Below are positions 11,601-19,011 of a DNA stretch of 32,000 nt, piece by piece. The first letter of the stretch is position 1, and every line of letters starts with the position of its first letter. Position numbers and translations under genes: made by a program. The notes under the pieces were generated by a model that saw only the letters and a list, made by a program, of their open reading frames with translations, did no database searches and was not told the origin of the DNA. The stretch is from Methanopyrus kandleri AV19 (GTDB taxonomy: Archaea; JAADCQ01; Methanopyri; Methanopyrales; Methanopyraceae): assembly GCF_000007185.1 (NCBI RefSeq), contig NC_003551.1, positions 120,001-152,000 of the forward strand. The letters run 5' to 3'.

Positions 11601-14600
11601 CCGTACGTAGCGGGATCGCGACCGTGTAGGCCACGTTGATCGAGATCCAGTCCGGCCACTTCCGGGGATCGAACATGCACGCGTTCCGGCCCGTGGGTAA
11701 TGCGTCGATCTGTTTGAAGGGGCTCGAGTTGAAACCCGGCGGCACGTAGCCACCGCTCAGCGCGTTGAGGAAGTTCGTACGTTCGAGCCGCGCGCTCTCG
11801 AAGAGCAGTTCAACGATCCGGGCCGCCTCGCGGTGTAGGTCATCGGCGTCCCGCGTCTCGGGTCGCTCGATCACTTCACGACACACGTCCAGGGCCCTGG
11901 AGTAGTCCAGTGCCCCCATCACCTCGTTCAGGAGTACCTTCGCCGCGAAGCTAGCCACGGTGCCGACGGGATCCTCTCCGATCGGCGGCATCCCGAACAC
12001 GTGGAGGCCGATCGGGACCACCTCATGCTCCTCCAGGTCGTGCAGCAGGAAGTACAGCTTGGCGCAGTTCTCGTCGAATTTCCGCTCGAACGCCTCCAGC
12101 GAGCTCAGGTTCAGCAGCTCGTACGCTCGCGTCTTCTTTACCAGATCCAGAATCGCCGGTTTCAGGGAGCTCAGGTGGGAGGACTGGTACCTCTCCAGCA
12201 GCTCTAGGAGTTGACCCATGTCGCCGGTGAGCTCCTCCTTGACCAGGGACTGAGGTAGGTAGTTCACTATCACCGCCCAGCCGCGGCGCTTCGCCACCAG
12301 CGCCTCCGACGGGTCCGCGACGTAGTACGGGTAGACCTGGGGCACGTTTTGGATACATATCTGTGGGAAGTCCCACCAGGACATGAACAGAGGCTTGTAC
12401 GGCAGCCACTCGTACGTCCCGTGTTTACCCGTGTTCACAATCACGTGCGCCCGGAACACCCGAGTGAAGTAGTAGTAACAGGCCAGATAGTAGTGACAGG
12501 GTGGCAGCACGGTGGAGTGGTACGCGACGCTGATCCCGACGTAGTAGCCTCGGGCGGGCTGGGGCGCGACGATGACGTTTCCGAAGTCGATCCCCCGTAT
12601 CACGAAGTACTTCTTTCCGTCGATCTCGACGAGATACCGCGAGCGCTCGGGCGGGCCCCAACCCGTGAACCAGCCGTAGAAGGCCTCAACTCGGCCCCAC
12701 TTGGCGTGGAGGGACCGACACAGCTCGAGAGCCTGATTCACCTCCTTCGGATCCGTCAGGGCACCGATGACAGCGTCCACCAGTGACTCCACGTCACGTT
12801 GGAACTGCTCCTTCGTCTCCTCGGGAACGTCCAGGTATTGCAGATGACCCGCCACGTAGGATACGAGTGACTTCAGTCCGTTGACGATGGCCTGCAACTT
12901 CAGCGGGTCGGTGATCGGACCGTGCTTTTGGATCTGAAGCAACACCGCCTCCAGGTACCCGAAGATGCCTTTCTCCATGCACAACCGAGCCTCCTCGGGC
13001 AGCGACCGGTACCATTTCAGGTACTCGTCGAGCGGCAACAGGTGCAGGTACCGGATCTCCTGCTCCCGCTCCACGAACCGACCGTGCTCATAGGCCAGCA
13101 GCCGGAGAACGAGCCTGTGACCTTCCACGTTAACGCGCCTCAGGATGTACGCACCGACGTTGGAACCCTCCTCCACCATGAGTCGTCCGAGGGCGTCGGC
13201 GAGGGGCCTGATGAGCCGATAGGCCTTGTAGTAGAGGTCGAGGGCCTCCTTCCACCTGCCCTCCTGGGCGAGCTCTTCCGCCCGTTCTTCCAGCTCCGCG
13301 ATCCGCAGCAGCATCTCCTCGATCGATAACCCGCGTGCCTCGGCCGGGATCTCGTCCGCGAACTCCAGCAGCTTTTCCTTCAGTTCCTCGGGAATTTCGA
13401 CGCGGTAGCTCGCCTTCATCAGCCATGCGAGAAAGTTCACGATCGACGCGGGTACGTCCAACGATGAGGCCGTACCGACGCCCTCCTTACCCGGCTCCGC
13501 CGCCCAGTACAGGATTACGACACGCTTCTCCCGGTTCGGGGTATTGCGTAGCTCGATCCAGGCCAGGATCCTGTCGGCGGCTATGCGGATCATCTCGGGG
13601 ACGGGTGTATCCGAGCACCACACGCGGTCCAGTAGCGCCTCGGGACCGTCCTTACGCCACTCACGGACCGAGATCGGGATCCCCTCGATGGCACCCAAGT
13701 TCTCCGGGATCACGATATGGTAAAGGGCGAACCAGTCCAGACCGCTCGGAGTACGCCAGCACGTCTGCCACTCGCTCATCGTCCAGGGCAGACTCACGAG
13801 CTTGATCACGGGTAGGTTCAGCTCCTTCAGCAGCTCGACTTCCGGCGAGTCGGGGGAACGCATCTTGAAGAACCCCGGGAGAAGCGCGATCGTCTGCACG
13901 TTGTACTCGGATACGATCCGCTTCAGAGCCAGTAGTACGTCCTCAAGGCATCCGTCGAGGATGTCGTAGTGAAGGCCCAAGACCATCGGGTTCAGACCGC
14001 GCTCCCTCAGCGCCTTACACAGCTCGCGGATGGGGGCCGTCCAACCGCTCTCCATCCTCGTAGTGTCAACGATTACAAGTACCGTCGGTCCCTCCCGGCG
14101 GGGTTCCTTACTCAGAACCTCCTCGATGATATCAGGGAGGTGTTTCCGGAGGAGCTCTACGAACCAGGCGGGGTAACGGGTGTTACCGAGGATGACGCCT
14201 CCATCGCCGTACCGCTCGATCAGAGTCATGACTTCTCCCGGATTGGGGTCGGACGGGCGGATTACCTCGTCGCGCTCGAAGTCGTAGCCTTCGACCCATC
14301 CGTCGAAGGGATGGTAGGGACCGGGGTGCCTCTCGAGGAAATAGGAGAACAGCGAGCGGAAGTTCCGAACGGAACGCGACTGTACGTACAGGGAGAGTGG
14401 AATCTCCAGCCCGTACCAATTGACCTTCACGGAGTCCAAACTCTTCACTTCGGACGGTCCCGGGAGCACGTTGTCGAACTCGAACACGCGTTTCTCGGAG
14501 GACGATTCCGAGAACAACTCGTTGAGGACGTTCCCGAACACCGTGTTGCTCGTCGTGTGGATCAACAGCAGGGTGTCGGCGGACTCGACCGCCTCCCTCA

Positions 14601-14793
14601 CGTGTTCCTCGGGCACGAACCCTTTGGAAACCGTGTCCTCTACGATGACAGTTACGGGCAGCCCGGAAGCGGCCTTCGCGGCGGGCATACCCGTGGACCA
14701 GTACCCCGTGATGATGACCAACTTACCGGCGTGAACGGGTGACACGGCGATCAAGAGCACGAACGCGATGACAAGTGTCAGCCTGGAACTCAT
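8665..14793 (-). CDS. 2042-aa secreted, membrane-anchored CobN / magnesium-chelatase-H-like protein with an inserted tandem OB-fold-like region
   Basis: N-terminal signal peptide MSSRLTLVIAFVLLIAVSPVHA; CobN/ChlH hallmarks NTGKHGTYEWLPYK, YPYYVADPSEALVAKRRG, QIDALPTGRN, WATDNINTRGLPIAVQMLLLG, SCFRDVFAHN, FNPVYVRGLRFHGYSGAVELLKR; C-terminal TM segment WILVALIVALLAAVILVGTLW with a short RPRIGTSRGW tail. Confidence 0.88.
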   Translation of the reverse strand: MSSRLTLVIAFVLLIAVSPVHAGKLVIITGYWSTGMPAAKAASGLPVTVIVEDTVSKGFVPEEHVREAVESADTLLLIHTTSNTVFGNVLNELFSESSSEKRVFEFDNVLPGPSEVKSLDSVKVNWYGLEIPLSLYVQSRSVRNFRSLFSYFLERHPGPYHPFDGWVEGYDFERDEVIRPSDPNPGEVMTLIERYGDGGVILGNTRYPAWFVELLRKHLPDIIEEVLSKEPRREGPTVLVIVDTTRMESGWTAPIRELCKALRERGLNPMVLGLHYDILDGCLEDVLLALKRIVSEYNVQTIALLPGFFKMRSPDSPEVELLKELNLPVIKLVSLPWTMSEWQTCWRTPSGLDWFALYHIVIPENLGAIEGIPISVREWRKDGPEALLDRVWCSDTPVPEMIRIAADRILAWIELRNTPNREKRVVILYWAAEPGKEGVGTASSLDVPASIVNFLAWLMKASYRVEIPEELKEKLLEFADEIPAEARGLSIEEMLLRIAELEERAEELAQEGRWKEALDLYYKAYRLIRPLADALGRLMVEEGSNVGAYILRRVNVEGHRLVLRLLAYEHGRFVEREQEIRYLHLLPLDEYLKWYRSLPEEARLCMEKGIFGYLEAVLLQIQKHGPITDPLKLQAIVNGLKSLVSYVAGHLQYLDVPEETKEQFQRDVESLVDAVIGALTDPKEVNQALELCRSLHAKWGRVEAFYGWFTGWGPPERSRYLVEIDGKKYFVIRGIDFGNVIVAPQPARGYYVGISVAYHSTVLPPCHYYLACYYYFTRVFRAHVIVNTGKHGTYEWLPYKPLFMSWWDFPQICIQNVPQVYPYYVADPSEALVAKRRGWAVIVNYLPQSLVKEELTGDMGQLLELLERYQSSHLSSLKPAILDLVKKTRAYELLNLSSLEAFERKFDENCAKLYFLLHDLEEHEVVPIGLHVFGMPPIGEDPVGTVASFAAKVLLNEVMGALDYSRALDVCREVIERPETRDADDLHREAARIVELLFESARLERTNFLNALSGGYVPPGFNSSPFKQIDALPTGRNACMFDPRKWPDWISINVAYTVAIPLRTVTRKVVAFDWATDNINTRGLPIAVQMLLLGVLPHRNADWVVTGVDPSLCMNPSGVSYTRRLGQILVVGRIVRMESLGSGAVRLVLEPPMGGQRIEVRCPVNVLPIPLHLDDEVMVLGTLVSTGGRVEVVNARVLSEEEAKRIEDEVLTPTQLSAVGRAFGRLPIRGRVERVEGRYIVLTDGCTEVRVRIDEGRVPEEGETVTVIGTVTLVGDEPVISASLVLREVPRRLTDVIVTGTSCFRDVFAHNILTELFLGRVAAILAAEPYLARLLSHSSLIVSDVDKVLEIRGIDEYPVYWVRRWLRETVERLSQGEWKNPIHETVLHVYRAALWRALTTPDEELARELEEGLRRLYDLVGEFCAEHGYDFESVVNTAASLAVLVPPAENYPFLDWAAVYLALLTCRESNITSAPDAGSGGSPNGGIITGWIEQVREVPDEDLPLLAALNVFCQAPGDYTNVIGKTIESGEFLLEDRLNLALSWISGLSYVYGPKHWGASFPLLLALNLAAPDRTLHTMVSSDEKATFFYDDCIYAFEGGLRLAVSAVNGLLPEQETMIDALVLNLRNAALGSYVGGDYSQMARRLAEEIQLMAAANPNLAPWLRDLASQLSAGSYLAALLASNMTSLFSTVTTRTLAALTGNETAAFRYSLLMPFDTYAWYDLMRTVFNPVYVRGLRFHGYSGAVELLKRLGYLIRGWSTLALGLLGWEGIFRRTASTLVENREWLARYSPEGLFSLAVSLLVIAYDRAQHKLISEEVLKSREFVALVRDVIVPELLRGVLCCCPGVCGNPVVQQRLLEALSQYEGLVPNLREAMAVFAANYMNNPELVARILRQLTSPAFTRETAPMAARTVRTLAVRATASQAVAISATIAAILASQAALSGPGRGAVPVSVTGVLLRGTVGAKSAATVEVSVGSSAGKGKPSQERSARASILRRTSAQSPVTTSVPRWILVALIVALLAAVILVGTLWRPRIGTSRGW
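10925..11425 (-). other. Tandem OB-fold-like insertion inside the CobN-like domain
   Basis: Two successive beta-rich units, GQILVVGRIVRMESLGSGAVRLVLEPPMGGQRIEVRCPVNVLPIPLHLDDEVMVLGTLVSTGGRVEVVNARVL and GRLPIRGRVERVEGRYIVLTDGCTEVRVRIDEGRVPEEGETVTVIGTVTLVGDEPVISASLVL, placed between CobN motifs TDNINTRG and SCFRDVF. Confidence 0.65.
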
Positions 14794-14867
14794 CAGCCAC
14801 CCCCCTCGGGAAGATACCGGACGGACTTCTTTAGGGGGAATTAAGATGGATGAAAAAGGAAGCGGGA

Positions 14868-16871
14868 TTACGGGCGTCGCCGCAGCGCCAGCGCCAGCAC
14901 GCTCAGTGCCGCCACCGCCGGCGACACTGCAGGCGCCTTCTTCTTGGCCTTTATCACGATCGTCGTGGACTTAACGCCATACTTGGGATCTCTGTACTCG
15001 ATCTTGAGCCGATGCTCTCCTCGCTTCTCGGGCGTGTAGGTGATGGTCGCCTTGCCGTCGGAAACGTCGGCTACGCCGATGATCCTGTCACCTTCGTACA
15101 CCCGCACTTCGCCCGATGAAGCCGGCTGACCGTCGATTGTCACCTCGATCTGGATCGTTACCGGAGTACCAACCCGCGTCTCCCGTGGAACTTCGACTTT
15201 TAGCTCGACAGTGTGTCCGAATATCTCAGACCTCACACTCTCGGGTAGCCCCTCCACGGCCGCCAGTGCCGCCACTACGTGAGCCGTGGCGAAGGCGCAC
15301 TGGTTGGCCTCACGGCCCTCGAAGAACCGGCTCATGTAGAGGTAGTAGTAGCTCTGTGGCGTCGGCACGTAGAAGTAGTACTTGAGTCCTTTCTCCTTGG
15401 CTTCCTTGTACTGGCTGACCAGCGCATTAACAACGTTCTTCATCAACTGAATCGCCATGTCGTCCTCGTAGCCGAGCTCGACCGCCGTACACAATCCGAG
15501 CAAAGCCGCACACGTGCTCGCGAAGTCAGGTGATCCCTTGATGTACTCGTTGTACGGGAAGTACCCCGGCTTGTCCTCGAGCTGCATTCCGTACAGCCAG
15601 CACACGTACCGCCTCAGTGCATCGTGGAGCAAGTCCTTCGCCTTGTCGCTCAGGTACCCAGCCTTCTCGGCCTCGCGGATCGCCCATAGCGCGTAGAAGG
15701 CGTACTTGACTGGATAGTAGTAAGACTTCCAGTACAGACCCTGCTCCACCGCCTGCTTCTCCAGGAAACACGGGTTACCGTTGCCCTCGTAGAACCGCTC
15801 CACCAAGAAGTTGACAGCGTACTTGATGATGTCAGCCACCTTGTACGTCGATCCTCCGACGTCCACATCGTCGTCTCCACTTATGAGCCCCGTTTTGACG
15901 GCGTATATCAGCGTCAACACGGCACCAGCGGTATCGTAGACGGCGCTGTAGTCGACCCAAGTGTCGTCCTTCAGCCTCTGTCGGACCCAGTAAGCTATCT
16001 CGTTCTTCGAGTCAACTATCAGCACATCCTTTTTGTCCTGCTTCGAGCTGCAGTATACTTCTGGAACCAGGATTCCATTCTTGATCACGTACACAGCGTC
16101 ATCCTTGACCGAGTTCCATAGATCGTCGTCGACGAGTCCTAGCTCACGACCGACTAACAGTGGGATCAGCTGGTACAGGCAGACACCACCAATCGATCCT
16201 GTACGTATGTACCCACTTTCTTCGAGCGTTGTCCGGATGTCCTTGAGCGAATACTGGTAATAATACCCACGTGGACTACTGACCGTTAGTACCCACTTAA
16301 TAGCTCGCTTCACGGCATTTTTGAACTGTTCATCTGTCACTCCTTCCTCCACAGCTAACACTAGCATAGGGACAGTGAACTTAGTATCTGAGTACCCCGG
16401 TTCGCCTCCGAACCCAACGTATCCGTACTTGTCGTTCTTCTTAACGTAAATTACGCACTTACTGTTGTCAATAAGAGCCACTATCTTATCTCCTAGTTTG
16501 ACCGTCTCCAGCCCGTAGTCTGAGGGGAAGTAGTTGTACTTTTTGACGTAAATTACCCGGCAGTCTCCCTTGTACGTGGTCGGCCATGTGCCGACGTCGA
16601 CATCCTCTACCGTGAAGTCCCTGGACGCCACGCCCTCGTCTTGCAGTTGGCCGTCCTGTTCGGTCGCGAAGTGGACCTCGTACTGCTTACCGTTGTAGGT
16701 GCCACCCGGGTCTCGCAGGGTGTAGGTCTTGCCGACGTCCTGCTCGGTGAACTGATTCTCCACCAGCCACACTACGCTGTCCTTCAAGCACTGGTCGGCG
16801 TCTTCGAGCGTGGCCGCGCTGACGGGTCCTATCGCCGTTACGCAGCATAGGATCACGAGCAACTGTCTCAC
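14868..16871 (-). CDS. 667-aa secreted surface protein: alpha/alpha-toroid (prenyltransferase/terpene-cyclase-like) repeats, Ig-like domain, C-terminal tripartite sorting-like tail
   Basis: Signal peptide MRQLLVILCCVTAIGPVSA; helical repeats such as AVKRAIKWVL, IIKYAVNFLVERFY..NPCF, KYAFYALWAIREAEKAGYL, FASTCAALLGLCTAVELG, AFATAHVVAALAAVEGL; beta-rich domain VELKVEVPRETRVGTPVTIQIEVTIDGQPASSGEVRVYEGDRIIGVADVSDGKATITYTPEKRGEHRLKIEY; tail SPAVAALSVLALALRRRP. Confidence 0.75.
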   Translation of the reverse strand: MRQLLVILCCVTAIGPVSAATLEDADQCLKDSVVWLVENQFTEQDVGKTYTLRDPGGTYNGKQYEVHFATEQDGQLQDEGVASRDFTVEDVDVGTWPTTYKGDCRVIYVKKYNYFPSDYGLETVKLGDKIVALIDNSKCVIYVKKNDKYGYVGFGGEPGYSDTKFTVPMLVLAVEEGVTDEQFKNAVKRAIKWVLTVSSPRGYYYQYSLKDIRTTLEESGYIRTGSIGGVCLYQLIPLLVGRELGLVDDDLWNSVKDDAVYVIKNGILVPEVYCSSKQDKKDVLIVDSKNEIAYWVRQRLKDDTWVDYSAVYDTAGAVLTLIYAVKTGLISGDDDVDVGGSTYKVADIIKYAVNFLVERFYEGNGNPCFLEKQAVEQGLYWKSYYYPVKYAFYALWAIREAEKAGYLSDKAKDLLHDALRRYVCWLYGMQLEDKPGYFPYNEYIKGSPDFASTCAALLGLCTAVELGYEDDMAIQLMKNVVNALVSQYKEAKEKGLKYYFYVPTPQSYYYLYMSRFFEGREANQCAFATAHVVAALAAVEGLPESVRSEIFGHTVELKVEVPRETRVGTPVTIQIEVTIDGQPASSGEVRVYEGDRIIGVADVSDGKATITYTPEKRGEHRLKIEYRDPKYGVKSTTIVIKAKKKAPAVSPAVAALSVLALALRRRP

Positions 16872-16902
16872 TTAAGTCATCCCCAACACGCCGGCTTCGG
16901 GA

Positions 16903-16924
16903 CGTAATTAATACTTCTTTCGGT
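16903..16924 (-). promoter_or_regulatory. Candidate BRE/TATA promoter for the 667-aa surface protein gene
   Basis: Minus strand reads ccgaaagaagtattaattacgtc: BRE-like cgaaa followed by an AT-rich TATA-like element, about 40 nt upstream of the GTG start at 16871. Confidence 0.5.
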
Positions 16925-17010
16925 CACGATGTTACCAAGAGGCTGCGGGTTCCGCCCGAACACTAAACGTTCTATAATCCGTAACGATTCTAGGAGGGGC
17001 GGAGGGAGGT

Positions 17011-17391
17011 TCAGTCCCCGTGGATCTCCTCGAGTAGTTCCTCTACTATCTTCTCCCTGACCTCCTCACCGGTGACGCGTCGGAGGATAGCTCCTAGCGT
17101 CTCGTCATCGTCCACCGGGATGAAGTACGCCGTCTTACGGCCGAGACGCTTCGACTTCAACAGTCCCTCCTGCCTAACCTTATAGAGTGCGCTCCTGATG
17201 CTGTTGGCTTTAACGTTGTATCCTAGCTCTTTGAGCACCCTAACGATCTCATCGACGTTAATCCATTGACCCTTAAGGCTTGCCAGTAGCACCACTGCCA
17301 AGGCCGCTCCTAGGTTCGTTAGCTCGCCTTCACGAAGCCTTCTCTTAATCTCTTCGACATCCTTTTGGAACTCTTCCGGGACCTCGGACAA
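17011..17391 (-). CDS. 126-aa predicted winged-helix DNA-binding protein
   Basis: HTH-like VDEIVRVLKELGYNVKANSIRSALYKVRQEGLLKSKRLGRKTAYFIPV. TTG start at 17391 preceded by a strong archaeal Shine-Dalgarno (GGGGTGATC) on the minus strand. Confidence 0.7.
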   Translation of the reverse strand: MSEVPEEFQKDVEEIKRRLREGELTNLGAALAVVLLASLKGQWINVDEIVRVLKELGYNVKANSIRSALYKVRQEGLLKSKRLGRKTAYFIPVDDDETLGAILRRVTGEEVREKIVEELLEEIHGD

Positions 17392-17440
17392 CTCCGATCA
17401 CCCCTCTACGTCTAATTTCCTGCACTGGCGGGATTCGGGC

Positions 17441-17460
17441 GGTTAATAAATAAATCGCCG
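17441..17460 (-). promoter_or_regulatory. Candidate TATA-like element upstream of the winged-helix gene
   Basis: Minus strand reads cggcgatttatttattaacc, an AT-rich island in GC-rich surroundings about 55 nt upstream of the TTG start. Confidence 0.4.
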
Positions 17461-17550
17461 TGCGGTTACCGGACTGACTTACATGTGGACCGATGACGAG
17501 GTAATCCCCGGCCGACGGCCGGTGTGATGACGGAGAGCCGGCGGAGGTCT

Positions 17551-18318
17551 TTATATTAATCCCAAGTAGTTAAGTACGGCAAGGGTGGTGTGAACGGCCT
17601 CCTCAGTTCTCACTACCTGCACCCCTTGATTTGGCACGAAGTTAATCACCGGATACTCGTCTCGAACCCCCGGATCTACGTCCAGGACACTCACCTCGCT
17701 AGACCCGAATACCAGGCACTTCACCGGACTCTTAAACTCGACTTCTCGAACGTCTTCACCGTATCTTGAAGTCACAATGATACCCTCCTTAAACTCCCTT
17801 AACACCTCATTAAGCTCATTTACAATCCTCACTCGATACCCCCAGTACTCCTCGGGCTCGGCCGGTTCCACCTCCAGCGGGTCCTCGGAGACGATCCGCA
17901 CAGTCACCCGTTCGTGTGGTTTAAAGCGCCATCTGGTGCGCGCGAGGCGGTCGGCACCTACGTCTACGAGCGCTCCGTTCCGACTTCTCCTAACGACGTA
18001 ACCCTCCCGTACCTCACCTTCCTTCGGCGAGTGGACCTTATGGTGGGGAGCCCTCAACGGCGGCATGACTCCGGCGTACCTGAGGTCACGGTCCAGTCTG
18101 AACACCCTCTTCCTAAGGTACTGGGGACACTCCTGATACTCTAAGAGCTTCCGTAGCCGTTCCGCGTTCCTACGGGTTCCGACGCCGTCACCGTATAGGT
18201 AAACCTCCTCCACTCGGTATATGGCCAGGGCGCGCGCCAGGGTCCCCACCCGATAAGCGTAGATCTTGGGGTCGGTCTCCTCAGAGAAGAGACTCCACGG
18301 GAACGCGACCGCCACCAC
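17551..18318 (-). CDS. SPOUT-superfamily RNA methyltransferase (COG2106-type) with an inserted OB-like domain
   Basis: VAFPWSLFSEETDPKIYAYRVGTLARALAIYRVEEVYLYG, central KVHSPKEGEVREGYVVRRSRNGALVDVGADRLARTRW, C-terminal KCLVFGS..VINFVPNQGVQVVRTEEAVHTTLAVLNYL (knot-like SPOUT end). Confidence 0.78.
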   Translation of the reverse strand: MVAVAFPWSLFSEETDPKIYAYRVGTLARALAIYRVEEVYLYGDGVGTRRNAERLRKLLEYQECPQYLRKRVFRLDRDLRYAGVMPPLRAPHHKVHSPKEGEVREGYVVRRSRNGALVDVGADRLARTRWRFKPHERVTVRIVSEDPLEVEPAEPEEYWGYRVRIVNELNEVLREFKEGIIVTSRYGEDVREVEFKSPVKCLVFGSSEVSVLDVDPGVRDEYPVINFVPNQGVQVVRTEEAVHTTLAVLNYLGLI

Positions 18319-18348
18319 GACGTAACGCCCCCTTCGGGGGAGATCGAG

Positions 18349-19011
18349 TTGCGGGTGGCGTCGGGCCTCGAACCGCAGGAAGGGTACGAGATAGGAGTGG
18401 TCGTGGACGCGCTGCGGGCCAGCTCGACGATAGTCACGGCCTTAGCCCTGGAAGCTGAGGCGATCGTACCACTCTCCTCCCCGGAAGAGCTCAAGCGGGT
18501 GGACGGACCCACGATCGGGGAGCAACACGGCAAGAAGATCGACTTCGCGGACTACGGGAACTCGCCGACCGACCTGCTCCGCCACGCGGAGGAGATCGAG
18601 GGAGAGACCTTGTACATGGTCACCACTAACGGGACCGACACCATTTTACGGGCCGCGGAGGTTCACGAGGAGGTGCTGATCGGTAGTCTGCTGAACGCCT
18701 CGGCCGTGGCCTCGAAACTCTCCGGTGACACCTGCTTCGTGGAAGCAGGTCACCGGGGGATGCTCGCTGTCGAGGACACTTACACGGCGGGCTACATCGC
18801 GCGCCTCGCGGGCGGAGAACCCGCCGACGGTAGGACTCGAGCAGCCATGGAGATGGCCCGCGGTCTTCCGGCGGAGGAGGTGTTCAAAGGCTCGAGGACT
18901 GGTCACGTGCTCGAACAACGCGGGAGGCTCGAGGACGTCGAGTTCTGCGCTCGTGTGGACGAGTTCGAGGTCGTACCGGTCTACGAGGACGGTATGGTGG
19001 TGCCTCAATAG
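18349..19011 (+). CDS. comB: 2-phosphosulfolactate phosphatase (coenzyme M biosynthesis)
   Basis: VVVDALRASSTIVTALALEAEAIVPLSSPEE, GEQHGKKIDFADYGNSPTDL, TLYMVTTNGTDTILRA, GSLLNASAVA, VEAGHRGMLAVEDTYTAGYI. Confidence 0.9.
   Translation: MRVASGLEPQEGYEIGVVVDALRASSTIVTALALEAEAIVPLSSPEELKRVDGPTIGEQHGKKIDFADYGNSPTDLLRHAEEIEGETLYMVTTNGTDTILRAAEVHEEVLIGSLLNASAVASKLSGDTCFVEAGHRGMLAVEDTYTAGYIARLAGGEPADGRTRAAMEMARGLPAEEVFKGSRTGHVLEQRGRLEDVEFCARVDEFEVVPVYEDGMVVPQ

Noticed and set aside
14708-14717. GTGATGATGA with overlapping C-box matches on the plus strand
   Set aside because: No D box in range; it is antisense to the CobN-like signal-peptide region.
13969-14742. 257-aa plus-strand ORF antisense to the CobN-like gene N-terminus
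   Set aside because: Antisense shadow ORF; the opposite strand has signal peptide and CobN homology, and this one shows no recognisable motif.
17524-17530. Perfect C-box sequence GTGATGA in the intergenic region upstream of the winged-helix gene
   Set aside because: No C' or D box at suitable spacing downstream, so a C/D sRNA is not supported.
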